64,000 nucleotides of DNA from Ptychomitrium polyphyllum (Eukaryota), in assembly GCA_973851085.1 (NCBI GenBank), contig OZ316775.1, positions 22,692,001-22,756,000 on the forward strand, written 5' to 3'. Shown piece by piece: positions 52,101-63,415 of this stretch. Position 1 is the stretch's first letter. Each line of letters starts with the position of its first letter. A program made the position numbers and the translations under genes. A model generated the notes under the pieces. The model was not told where the DNA came from. It did no database searches and saw nothing but the letters and a program-made list of their open reading frames with translations.

Positions 52101-53817
52101 TTGACACTTTGTCCACCTCTTCCGGCTTTTGGACATCATAATAGTTGTCCATTTCCAAAAGAAACTCCTTCACCTTCCTGGCCTTACCTTGCCCAGAAAA
52201 AGTGCTTGGCATGTTCACCTTGGCCAACTTCTTGGTTGAAGATGAGGACCTGGAACCTTGTACCATCAAGTGTTCAATCAACCTCTCTTGACGGATCCTT
52301 TTTTCTTTGCCACGCTTAAGTTCTTGGTTCACACCGTCCATGAACTCAAGCATTTTCATGCAAAAACTCAAGTCAGGATCCTGACTTTCTAGGCCCTCAA
52401 GTGATTCAAGATTCCTAGCTCTTGAGTACTCTCCACCTCCCAACGCTTTGTCTTGTTGAGTTTCTTCAGCTTCCTTGGTGACTCCAATGTCATTTCCTTG
52501 CTCATTGGAATCAAAGGATGGAGCCTCATTAATCGGATCGGGGTCTTTGTTCACCCTTGTGCGTAGTCATTTAGAGGCCCCGGGCTCACCGCCATCACCG
52601 GCCTTCTCCTTATCCATAGCCTCCTTGCAACGTAGCACTTGGATACTCAAAGCCTGCTCTGATACCAAATGTCGCAACCCTTGTCATGCACCTTTGCAAG
52701 CGTCACGCTTGTCAACTCTGTACACCCCCTCACATGCACATGGTTAACCCCCATTCTCATTTTTCAAGTCTTTCTACCATTTTTCTTAGGACACCCAATT
52801 GATTGGTAGCCCATGGTTAGGTGCAGACTTCCATTCATGTCCAAGGCTTCACTTGATGTTATTCTCATTCCATACGGCCTAACCGCACTTAGTGGTGTCT
52901 CCTCACCACCACTCATGATCCCCATATGATCCTAAGATCACCGTAGGCCATCATGGTGCCGATGTGAAGACACCATACCAACTTAATGGTAACAAGCGTG
53001 CCCTCTTGGTCTCACTAGTTTCCTTTGTGAAACTGGCCATCCACCGACTCACAATGGTGTGGGAGTCCCCGTAGTGAAGCCCCAACACTAGCTCCACCAA
53101 CCGGGACTCACCCTTGGTCGCTACCGGGACACTAGGGGAGTGGGGAGGGAGATCAACCCTCCCTTATAGTACTCTCTATGGGATTTGGCAGGCCCCCTAG
53201 CCCTCTGGAGCTGGCTGAACCTAAACACACCTAAAGTTTTGGAAGACCACCCGATCTCCCTTGGGACTTAGCCGCTGGAAGCCTCCGAGACTCTCAGCGT
53301 ACCTTTAGGGAGCCATATCTTCCTTGTTGGATGCCCGAATGTATCAAGCGACCACTCTATCGTCATCTACTCTTTGCGTAGATGCCAAGAGAGTCCTCAA
53401 ATGTTTTGATTTGAGTTAGTATTGTGGGAGGTACGCCTCTCCCAAGGTTTGAGACTCCCGGGGAGTCCCTCCTTAGACTATTCCACTCCAATACAGTCAC
53501 TGGGTAGGGCTGCCACAGCCCAGAACAGCTCCTTGGCAACCTCAACTTTGGGATGCCATAACTTTTAGTTCCCGAGTCCGATTTGAGCAATTTTTAGCAA
53601 TCTGAAATCAGCTCTTTGTAATTCCTCCAATGCTTATGATTTATCCCTTGTGACTCTCGGTCTACATGGGCAAGTATGTTTCTTTTCCTAGGGGTCCTTC
53701 TCATGCTAGGCCCACTCGGTTTCTCTCACTATCGGCGTCACAAGTCCCGGGCATCACTCCGAGGTCCCCCTTGTGCCCTTAGTGTTGCGGGCATTCCTCA
53801 TGGAGAGGTACACGACA
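46159..53817 (-). mobile_element. Full-length but disabled Ty3/Gypsy chromovirus, copy 'B' (5' LTR 52670-53817, 3' LTR 46159-47211)
   Basis: Reverse complement of copy A with essentially identical ORF translations and the same stops and frameshifts, PBS and PPT. Confidence 0.95.
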
Positions 53818-54811
53818 AGTTAGGTGTAGACTTCCATTCATATCCAAAGCCTCAATTGGTGTTACTCCCATTCCACACGGCCTAACCACACTTAGTTGTG
53901 TCTCCTCACCACTACACATAATCCCCATGTGATCCTAAGATTACTCCGGGTCTATAGTGCCGGCGTGAAAATACCTCCCAACTTAGCGATAACAAGCGTA
54001 TCCTTTTAATCTCACTAGTTCTTTTTGTAAACCGATCATCCATCAACTCACAATGGTGTAGAAGTCCCCGTGGTGAAGCCCCAACACTAGCTCCACCAAC
54101 CGAGATTCGTCCTTGATTAATACCAGAATACTAGAAGAGTAGGGAAGGGGACCAGCCCTCCCCTATAGTATTTTTTGTGGGATTTGGTAAGCCCCCTGGC
54201 CCCCTAAAGCTAGCTGAACCCCAACACACCAAAAATTTTGGAAGACCACCCGATCTCCCTTGGAACTTAGCCGCTGGAAACCTTCGGCACTTCCTGCGGA
54301 CCTTTAGGGATCCATGTCTTTCACATTTGATCTCTGAATCTAATGAGCAACCATTCTATCATCATCTACTCTTTGCGTAGATGCTGATAGATTCTTCAAA
54401 CGTCCAATTTGATTTAGTATTCTAAAAGATATGCCTCTTTCAAAGTTTAGGACTCCCAGGGAGTCCATCCCTGCACTGTCCCAGTCCAGTACAGTCATAG
54501 TCTAGGGTTGCCACAGTCCAGAATAGTCCCTTGGCAGTCCCAATTTTGAGATGCCATATCTTTTCTCTTGTCCGATTTGGGTAATCTTTAGCATTCTAGA
54601 ATCAACTCATCGTGAGTCCTCCAATGCCTACAATTTCTTCCTTATGGCTCTCGGTTTATATGGACAAGGATGTTTCTTCCCTTTGGAATCCTTCCTACGC
54701 TAGGCCTACTCAGGCCATTTCACTATCGGCGCCATAAGTCCCGGACGTCACTCCGGAGTCTCCTTTGTACCCTTAGTATTGCAGGTACTCCTGAAGGAGA
54801 GGTGCGTGACA
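53818..54811 (-). mobile_element. Older, 3'-truncated LTR 'C' of the A/B family abutting the 5' LTR of copy B
   Basis: Collinear with the family LTR from its TGTCACGCAC start (54811), lacks the last ~145 bp, and is more diverged. Confidence 0.88.
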
Positions 54812-56052
54812 ACGAGCCAGAGGAAGTACATTGAAGAGATGTTGAAGCGATTCAACATAGAAGACTGCAAGGTAGTGGGAACGCCCTTGGAGGCTAACTT
54901 GGAATTTATGAAGCTAAGTGATGAGGAATATGCTTAAGTAAAGGGCAAAATGCAAGGCGTTTCATACAAGGCAGAAGTAGGGTGCCTCATGTATACCATG
55001 GTAGGCACAAGGTTTAATCTTGCGTTTTCGGTGAGTGTTGTGACCCAATACATGTCCAAAGCCGGCTCCATGCACTAGGCAACCATTAAGATGATCATGA
55101 AATACTTGAAGGGCACCTTGGACTTTGTGTTGTGTTTGGAAGGTAATAACATTGAATTGCAGGGATTTTGTGATGTGGATTGGGCTGAAGATGCAAATGA
55201 TAGGCGCTCTACAACGAGGTATGTGTTCTTTGTTGGAGTGGGAGCTATCTTTTGAAACTGCAAGAAGCAACCCACAATTGCAAAGTCAACCATGGAGGCG
55301 AAGTATATGGCGACAAATCATGGTACAATAGAAGCAATTTGGCTGAGGCAATTCTTGGAAGATATTGGACTTGTATAAGTGAATGCAACATCCATCATGT
55401 GTGACAATCAGGGATGTCTTGCCTTTGCCAAGAATCCCAAGCATCACTCACGAACAAAGCACATCGACATTCAATATCACTTCATGAGAGAGAAGATTGA
55501 AGATGGAGTGATAGATATGAGGTATTGTACAATAGAGAGCATGCTTACTGATTTCTTAATAAAAGCATTGGTAAAAAATAGATACCACTTATTGACAAGG
55601 TCAATTGGATTAAAGGTCCTTTGAGCAATAGCAAAGTGGGACTGTTGAAAAGGGTGGAACATATAAAGTGATCCTAGTTGAAGTTTCCTTGTGTATGACT
55701 AAAGCTTGATAGGTTGCTAATAGTAAAAAGGGTGTCAAGGAAGAAGCCATAGAGGATACGGAGGCTAGGGTTAAGAAAAAACAACAAGCGTTTTGTATGG
55801 CGGCTAGGATTAAGGCAGCCGTTAGGGTTAGGACAGCGGCTAGAGCAGCTACGACAGCTAGGGTTGGCCGCCACATGGCACTCATTAATGGAGAAAAATG
55901 CATGGCTGCTAAGTAGCATACTTTGGTAGATGACATCAAAGTATAAGTAAAGGGGTTTAAAAAGTGGGAGACATCTTACTCCACACTTCTCTTGTTGCAA
56001 CTTTGCTCTCTCTTCTTGCTTGTTGTACTAGCTTTGTTGCATTTCTTCAATA
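54812..56052 (+). mobile_element. 3' half of a Ty1/Copia element (end of RT, RNase H, PPT, 3' LTR 55643-56052)
   Basis: SQRKYIEEMLKRF, FCDVDWAEDANDRRST, IMCDNQG and HSRTKHIDIQYHF motifs; purine-rich tract before the TGTTGAAAAGGG LTR. Confidence 0.92.
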
Positions 56053-56756
56053 AATTCAAATCAAGTGTTTAAACTTGGTAGGTGCAAAATGCTCTTAACT
56101 CAATCAAAAAGTTAGATTATAAAGCTCCAATTGTACCTAGAAAAGAGAAGATTAAAATTTGTGCTTATATTGAGGATCTCGATGGATACAAATTTAAGCT
56201 CATATAAAGGAAGAATTCTTGTGAGCCAATTTGCCAAGTCAGTAATTGCATTAGTAATTGTAATTGTTCCATTTTTGTCATCAAGATGTATGATATTTTT
56301 GTCTCAAACTACCAATAAGAACTAATAATAATTTTTGATGCTTAAAAAATGACTGAAGCTTGATGATATTTTGTAGCACTTAATTCATTTTGCTTTTTTT
56401 ACATGCTTAAATTATTGCTCTTTAGAATTTTGTCACATTTAAATTCATACATTTTAAGCATTTCTTAATTTGTCAAACTTAAACTTTAATAAAAGATTTG
56501 GCTTAGGCATATGGAATGAAGCTTCTTGCACAAAAAGACTATCCTAAAAATTAGGTATGTTATAAAAGACAAACAATACTATTAAGTGAATTAATAGATT
56601 GTTCAGTTTCCTTTATATTTAGCACAAAACTTCACTAATGTTTGTATATACTTTGGGACAATGGTCTATTGCTTTGGATGCTTCAGCTTGAGATTTTAAT
56701 CGTTCTACCCCCAAATATTAATCGTGGGGAAGTGTTTTGGTGTTTTGGGGTTTCAG

Positions 56757-57357
56757 AAAACATATGCTTACGTAGGCTATGACTTGGATGAGACAAGGTC
56801 AACAGTTCTTGAATTTGAATACAGCTATGGCAAAAAGGACTATCCAAAGGGTACCGGATATGCTCAGGTGCGATTTGCCATAGTTTAAATTCTAAGCGAT
56901 ACCACATATCATTCTGAAGGGACATGCTATGGACCTCAGAAGCAGAATACATTACCCTCCTACACTGACATTGCGACGATATTTGGATGTGCTCCTAATG
57001 AAAAACTGATTGAGAGGTCCTTGACAAGTTCTTTACAGTGAAGCATGGTGTATCAAATGTAAACCGGCATAGGGGTGGTAGTTACTTCTTGTTATTAATG
57101 CTATTATGGTGATTTTTGTACCGTATGCTGCAGAACAGGCAGGATAGCATAGCATAGCATAGGATAGTGAGGATGAGATTTGTTTCCTTTGATTCATTGA
57201 TGGTCTTGTGAAGCAGATAGCTATAGGTACTGAAGACGTTTTTAAGACAGCAGACGCTTGTGAGTTGATGGGTGGCAAAACTGTTCGTGCTCCCAGTGCT
57301 TTACCAAGAATGAATACCAAAATCTATTTGAATGAAGATCCCGACGGCTGGAAAACA
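56757..57357 (+). pseudogene. GLX1: Glyoxalase I (lactoylglutathione lyase) C-terminal exons 56757-56867 and 57217-57357; 5' part of the gene not found
   Basis: The spliced translation KTYAYVGYDLDETRSTVLEFEYSYGKKDYPKGTGYAQ|IAIGTEDVFKTADACELMGGKTVRAPSALPRMNTKIYLNEDPDGWKT matches the plant two-domain GLX I C-terminus. Both exons have AG/GT borders in phase 0. A VFVD continuation at 57814 is preceded by TG, not AG. Confidence 0.75.
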
Positions 57358-58722
57358 GTAGGTTTCTCGCCATGCTTGCCTTGCTGGTGTCGGAGTCCCT
57401 CCTTGCAAGGATACACAGGATGCGTGTACAGCATATAACGGTGTTTGAATCGTCAATCCACGTTGTAGATTGCAGTGCTGGATTAAAGTGCTGACTCAAT
57501 GGTGGCTTGGATGTGTTCAGGTTTGGGTTGACAATGAGGATTTTACCAAAGAGCTTGAGCCAGCTTCCTTCACCCATCAAGTGAAATGCATAACCACAAA
57601 TAAAAGGCAACAACTGTAGGATGGCTATCTCAGCCCAAGTTCATCTCCAACTTGGAAATTTCTGCTCCGCTTTTATAATATTATCAATAGGCTCGGTGGA
57701 GTATGAATCGGATACGCTTGGATCATACAAGTTTTCAGCAAAATGCATACAATTCTCCACGTAATTCAAGACAAGAGATGAAACATTTAGGTTTTATGAA
57801 AGCATTAACTCTGGTCTTTGTAGACTGCCATGGCAACGAGTATTCTAAGAAACACAGAACCGTTGGACCGTCAATTGCAGCACAGTGTTGTGATTGTGTG
57901 AAATCGCGTGCTTTCTCAAACTCTACTGTAACATCTGAGTTTGTGATTCCAACTCATCCGTGCAGATCGTGATGTTTGCCCTAAACCCTAAACTTTGAGT
58001 ATCGTACTAGTTTCGAGAATGGCGAAATTCGTACGGCTGAACTCCGGAACGATGTCGAAACGACTTCGACTTGAATACACGTTTCCGTGCCAGGAGAGGG
58101 TTTTCAGAAGATCACACAAGCGTGTATTTTGCACGTTTGTTGTGAAGCTTCGATCAATTGCAGAACAACCCTCACCCTTGATCAGTTGTGTTCAGCGTGA
58201 TTATTGACAAGTAAACATGTACTTGGGTTGGCTATCTGTTAAAACCTTAGCGCCAAACCAGAGGATGACGAAGTCTTTAAATGTTCAATCAGATGATGCG
58301 GATCACTTTCAAACTTACATTGAAAGTATAGACTGGGCGTGAGGATGATGGCACGGAGTACTTTGGAATTCTGCCCTCGACACGGTTCATTAGGATTTTG
58401 ATGTGAAGCGAATCTTGTGTTAAATTTGGAATGCCACTGTGAAGGAGCATCTTCTTGTTCGCGAAAAGCAGGGAACACGGGATGTTTGTGATCACATGTG
58501 ATGTATTTGCGTACATTTTGTCACGGAGTCGCTGGTATTCTTCGTACGTTGGAAACGTAGGCCCTACTAAAGAAACTCGAGAGCGATGTTGACAAAGAAG
58601 TGGCGCCTGCGACGACCGTCAGAATCGGTGGTTGATGTTGATTTGCACGCGCGTCGAGACTGGGAAATTTTCAAGCAGTACGAGCGCGTGGCTTGCGATT
58701 AATAAATGGCGCCAGGTTTCAG

Positions 58723-58915
58723 GTGCACCCGCTGCTGGAGGACATTGTGATATTCAAGGTCAAAGATGACGCGAACCCGAAAGACCTAACGGCGACCATG
58801 AAGCAATGCACAGGCTCCGCTAGCCGGACGGAAATCACCGTGGGGACCACACTCACGGTACAATATCCTCGAACCGCTTCTTGCTGAATTGAGCACTGCA
58901 GGTTGGACACACATG
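58723..58915 (+). pseudogene. Possible relic of a stress-responsive A/B barrel (Dabb) domain gene
   Basis: LEDIVIFKVKDDANPKDLTATM resembles the Dabb N-terminal motif (IEHIVLFKVKDD...). Preceded by TTTCAG, with an out-of-frame GWTHM downstream resembling FTHM. Match is from memory only. Confidence 0.4.
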
Positions 58916-61135
58916 AGTGACTGCATCTTGACCTAGTATGAACAATTTCTGCAAAGAACGCATTCGCGTTATAGTTTCTTGGCCAGCAAATAGGTTGTGA
59001 TTCGACGATTCTTTCCTAAGCCGAAGAATCATAGAATCACAATCTAACACAGTGAGTCACGGAAATGCGATATGAGTGATCACTTGGATGCAATTATATG
59101 ACGCATTGGCATCGACCAGGCGATAAGGCAGAGCTGAGCTAGGTCCCGGCCTGATTTGACCTCACGTTTGGATTCAGCATTCAATGTCCTGCCCGCTAGT
59201 AGATCACAGTACAGTATTGGATGAAGGGAGAATCTGGCGAGAAGCTCGAATTCTCTTGAGATGGTCATGTTAAACCGTTACTGTTACAATCCCCTCAACT
59301 TGCCATCCTCATTCTTGGAAGCTGCCAATCTGACGTCTGAGTACCGACAGACCAGGCTTGCAATTCTTTGAGAACGTTCCAACTTATTTAGAGATCCGCT
59401 TGTATCCTTTCCACCCTTGCTTTGTGTCATCCTATTCTCTGATGCAGGAAGAACTGTTGCAATTGACGATCGTATGGATGACGTCATGGATGTGCTTGCT
59501 AGATGGAAACAGCCAGGGGTTTGGATGTAGTTACAATCTCAAAAGTCTGAAAAATATGTTTTTTCACAATTTTGGGTTCCTTTTAAAAATGGCAATTTAG
59601 AAGGAGTGGTGGCAAATGAATTCAACATGTCTTGTGCTTGAATGCTTAAAGTGCAGGTTATAGATGCTCTTGCAGTATAACTTATTGAAAATGAACTTGG
59701 TGGTACAGACAAACTTGGGAGGCGTGACTCAACCACTAGCCCGTTCTGTGTGACCAATGACTGACCAGAGTGACGTTGTTCGAGTATAATACATTAAAAA
59801 TTTATGTGGTGCGAGGCCGCTTCTCGTAGAAGTAACATAACAGGTGCTTGCAAATTAGCAACCTAGACTGGCTTTCTGCCGAAATTGCGAAGGTGTGAGC
59901 CGCGTTTGCTTGCGACTCCAGCGTTTCTGGACTTCGAGCCTTCCAACTTGCTGGGGTGTACTGTACTCCTCATTGCATAGTCTGCATTGGGGGAGCGTGG
60001 CCCTCAACGCGATATAGCACTTGCCTCGTCGCCCCCTTCTATGCCGGCCACAGCTCGACCATCTGCTTGGTCCCATATATGTATGGAAGAGCTCCCCCGC
60101 GCCTAAGATCTTAGTTGGTGTTTCATCATTACCTTCAATCTAGCATGGACCCGTAGATCGCCGTGATCGTCCACTTCTTCTGCGAGTTACTAGTAGCACA
60201 CAATATAGGAAGCTAGAGATTCTGAAGGTTTGTTAGACAGTGTTTATCAACAACCTTAGAGCACAGAACAATACAGACGCTGGACCAAGTCTTTTTCTCT
60301 AGGTTTCCTTGTCTAGATTCCAGGCAGCTTGATCTCTTTACTTTGGAGACAGCCCTTCAGCATGGTTTTCTGGGTTTAAATCTTAGGGTTGTAGTCATTC
60401 TTTTCGGCCGGTCATTCTATGGTGATCACGGTGCCCATGCTGCTTGCTTCCTGATTCAATCAATCCGGAATCCCTTAAGCTGGTCGATGACAACATTTGT
60501 GTACTATACTAAGAATTACTTTGGAGCGGTGGGTTTGGTTCGTCAATTTACAGGCGTCTATCCCACTACCACATTTTGCAAGGTACAATAAACGTCGAGC
60601 TTTTCGGTAAGCCTTCAAAAGTCACTTGGAATTGGTTGTTTTGATTATGGTTGAAGCCCTTGAAGTGTAAACTCTAAACTAAAAGTTGTGCAGAAATCTC
60701 TGCAGCCAGGCACAGGGCAAATTGCAAAACTATAAGTGCTCTTTGGTCCGATATGCTGTGTAAATCAGTCAATTTAGCAACGCCATTATTGTATTTTAGA
60801 CCACTGAAGATCTCTCTCGTATGACCACCCAGTTTGGTTGTTGGGCATAGAAGTTAATGTCACATTCGGCATGTGGGTGTGCTATATGTAAGATTGGTTT
60901 CTAAATAAATATTGTCTAGGTTTGAGTTTGGCCACCAAGTGATACATAATAGAGCCAACTAATACCACGCTTGCATCAAATATTTTGTACGTTGGTCTTA
61001 CTTCTTTTTTATAGGTTAAATGAACTCACTTCAAATTTAATTAAATGATCTTCGACCCTGGCAGATATATTATCTAACGAGCTGGTGAATAACGAGCTCA
61101 GAGTATATTGCTGAAAATTCGAATGCAACAATAAA

Positions 61136-63415
61136 ATGGAAGAGGATCAGGGTAATCGGGAGCTCCAGAAAAGGGTTAAAAGGGATTCAAATGATGACGA
61201 TGCTGTTGCAAGTGGCTCTGGATCACTAGACCACACCGGTTATCATCAAGACTCAGCTAATGAGTCCGGAAAGAAAACCCTTGGTACCTACTTTTTGAAA
61301 ACCGCAATCCGGATGTTACGAGATTACATCAATGATTTGAAAACATCGAACATCTCGATTAATGATGATGTGCGGAGGAGGATTGAGGAGTACGAAGCTC
61401 TATTAAATGAGCTTGAGGCGAGAAAGAAAGAAAAGCCAGACACGACACTCCTGGCCGGCGAAGATCGTGTCAAACTGATTCCGATGTTGCTGGATTACCA
61501 GGCTGTACTCTTGTCCGAAGCTTTAGACCAGGGCAATACTGATGTTCAGGCTCAGCCTGAGGTTATGGAAGACAGGTCGGAGCTTAGGACCAACGAAGTC
61601 AGTGGAGTACCAGTGTACTTGTCGGAAGCTGATTTTTTAGAGGGTGGGTACATGAAGCCTTTGACCGCTGCGCTGGACTTGTGTGCGAAGCAAGTTCACA
61701 ACTTTGTGAGTCTTCTTCCCTCTGTCATAATTTTTAAGCTTCTCTGTGACCACGTCGTCAAAACCCTGTCACCAGCAGCTCAAATGAACTTTGAGCGGTA
61801 CCACAACATACTAGTACTATTTCAAAATCAGGACCAGCTTGAGGGAGTTGAGATTCCGAGCAACCTCCGCAACAGCCTTAGTTTCTGCTTTGAATCCCTG
61901 GTTGGGTTAGCAAGACGCTTCCAACAAGTGGAAGATCTGCTTAAAAAGTGTGGTAGCCCTGAATGGTACAAAGCGGCTCTGGAGCTGGCTGATGTGCGAA
62001 CTCTTCGACGGATAAAGAGGTGTTCGGAATTCTCCTTGGTAATTCGAAACTGTGAGTGGAGCATGGACTTGGTTGAACTGGCTTTCCATGCACTACAGAG
62101 GCTCCTCACTGAGGGTACATACACTGTAAGGGATGCTTCTTTCAAGTGGTCCGAGGAAAAAGAGAGGATGGTTTTGGAAATTCCGGGAAAACTTGAAAGG
62201 GAAAATAATAGCCAGGATGGTGTTTTGTTGGAAGTCTGCAGAGACTTGGAAAGGAAAGACTTGGCTGCTTTAACACAAGAACTAGAGGTGCTGGTAGTAT
62301 CTGAGAAGGCTCAGAAACGATTCTACCAAGGCTTGTCTAGCGCTCATAACGTTGCATATTACTTAAATGAGAAATTGAACGGCCCAACTCCCGGCATAGA
62401 AAGTTATCTGCCATATACCTTTACCAAGATAGATCATTCAAGTTTAAAATACTTAGAGTATTTGGACAAGGGAAGTTCAGGCATGGTGGCCATAAATGAA
62501 TGGAATGGAATTAAAGTGGCTGTGAAGAGCGTTAGGTGTCATGACATGAGCAGAACCAAGTTTGAGCAAGAGGCAGCCGTCCTTGGCATGGTTCAGCATC
62601 CCAATGTAGTGCGCCTCATTGGCTGTGGATTTATTGAAAAAAGAAACACAGGGATGCTCGTGATGGAGCTGATGGAGCATGATCTTCGCACCATCATAGA
62701 ATCCCGCCTCAAGGTCCTTCCCGAAGGGACGAGTCCCTTCTCACCAATTTTGGCCATTGACATCATGCTCCAGGTCGGTCAAGCCATGCGGTACCTTAAA
62801 GAACATGACATCCTACACCGTGACCTCAAAGCCAAGAACATACTGGTCAATCTGATAGAGCCCTTGTCCCTTGACCTAGAGGCAGACTCTGCCAACACTA
62901 ACTTGATGACGCTTCCAGTCTCGGCGGTGCTGCCGCACACACAAGAGAATTATGTGGCCAAGCTGGCAGACTTTGGACTGGCCAGGTGCATGTCTCAATC
63001 TTCATATGCCCCAACCTCTATGGTTGGCACTACCGGATGGAGAGCTCCCGAAGTGTACAAGATGCGTGACCCCGAGGTAAACCCATCATACAAGTGGCCG
63101 GCAGATGTATATTCGTTTGCCATGATGTGCTATGAGATCTTGACAGGCAGGATGCCGTTTGAAGATGAGCCCAACCACGGCTTGGACTTGCACTCCAAGA
63201 TCGTGGAGGGAGTGAGACCATCATTGGACAATCTCAATCCCAAAGTTCCTGAAGCCTTGAAGGAACTCATTCAACAATGCTGGGCCACTGAACCTCTCAA
63301 ACGACCCGGTTTTGATCAGATTGTGAAGAGATTGTGGGAGTGCAAGTTGCAAACTTTAATGCCCGGGTTTGAACAAATTATGCTCACTCCTAACCGCGTA
63401 CTAAGGTTGGGCTAG
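61136..63415 (+). CDS. TKL/RAF-like Ser/Thr protein kinase with a long helical (MLKL/HeLo-like) N-terminal region; intronless CDS
   Basis: 759-aa ATG ORF with DKGSSG, VAVK, FEQE, HPNVVRLIG, HRDLKAKN, KLADFG, WRAPE, DVYSF and CW...RP motifs. A GGCAG acceptor ending 61064 suggests a 5'-UTR intron. Confidence 0.92.
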   Translation: MEEDQGNRELQKRVKRDSNDDDAVASGSGSLDHTGYHQDSANESGKKTLGTYFLKTAIRMLRDYINDLKTSNISINDDVRRRIEEYEALLNELEARKKEKPDTTLLAGEDRVKLIPMLLDYQAVLLSEALDQGNTDVQAQPEVMEDRSELRTNEVSGVPVYLSEADFLEGGYMKPLTAALDLCAKQVHNFVSLLPSVIIFKLLCDHVVKTLSPAAQMNFERYHNILVLFQNQDQLEGVEIPSNLRNSLSFCFESLVGLARRFQQVEDLLKKCGSPEWYKAALELADVRTLRRIKRCSEFSLVIRNCEWSMDLVELAFHALQRLLTEGTYTVRDASFKWSEEKERMVLEIPGKLERENNSQDGVLLEVCRDLERKDLAALTQELEVLVVSEKAQKRFYQGLSSAHNVAYYLNEKLNGPTPGIESYLPYTFTKIDHSSLKYLEYLDKGSSGMVAINEWNGIKVAVKSVRCHDMSRTKFEQEAAVLGMVQHPNVVRLIGCGFIEKRNTGMLVMELMEHDLRTIIESRLKVLPEGTSPFSPILAIDIMLQVGQAMRYLKEHDILHRDLKAKNILVNLIEPLSLDLEADSANTNLMTLPVSAVLPHTQENYVAKLADFGLARCMSQSSYAPTSMVGTTGWRAPEVYKMRDPEVNPSYKWPADVYSFAMMCYEILTGRMPFEDEPNHGLDLHSKIVEGVRPSLDNLNPKVPEALKELIQQCWATEPLKRPGFDQIVKRLWECKLQTLMPGFEQIMLTPNRVLRLG

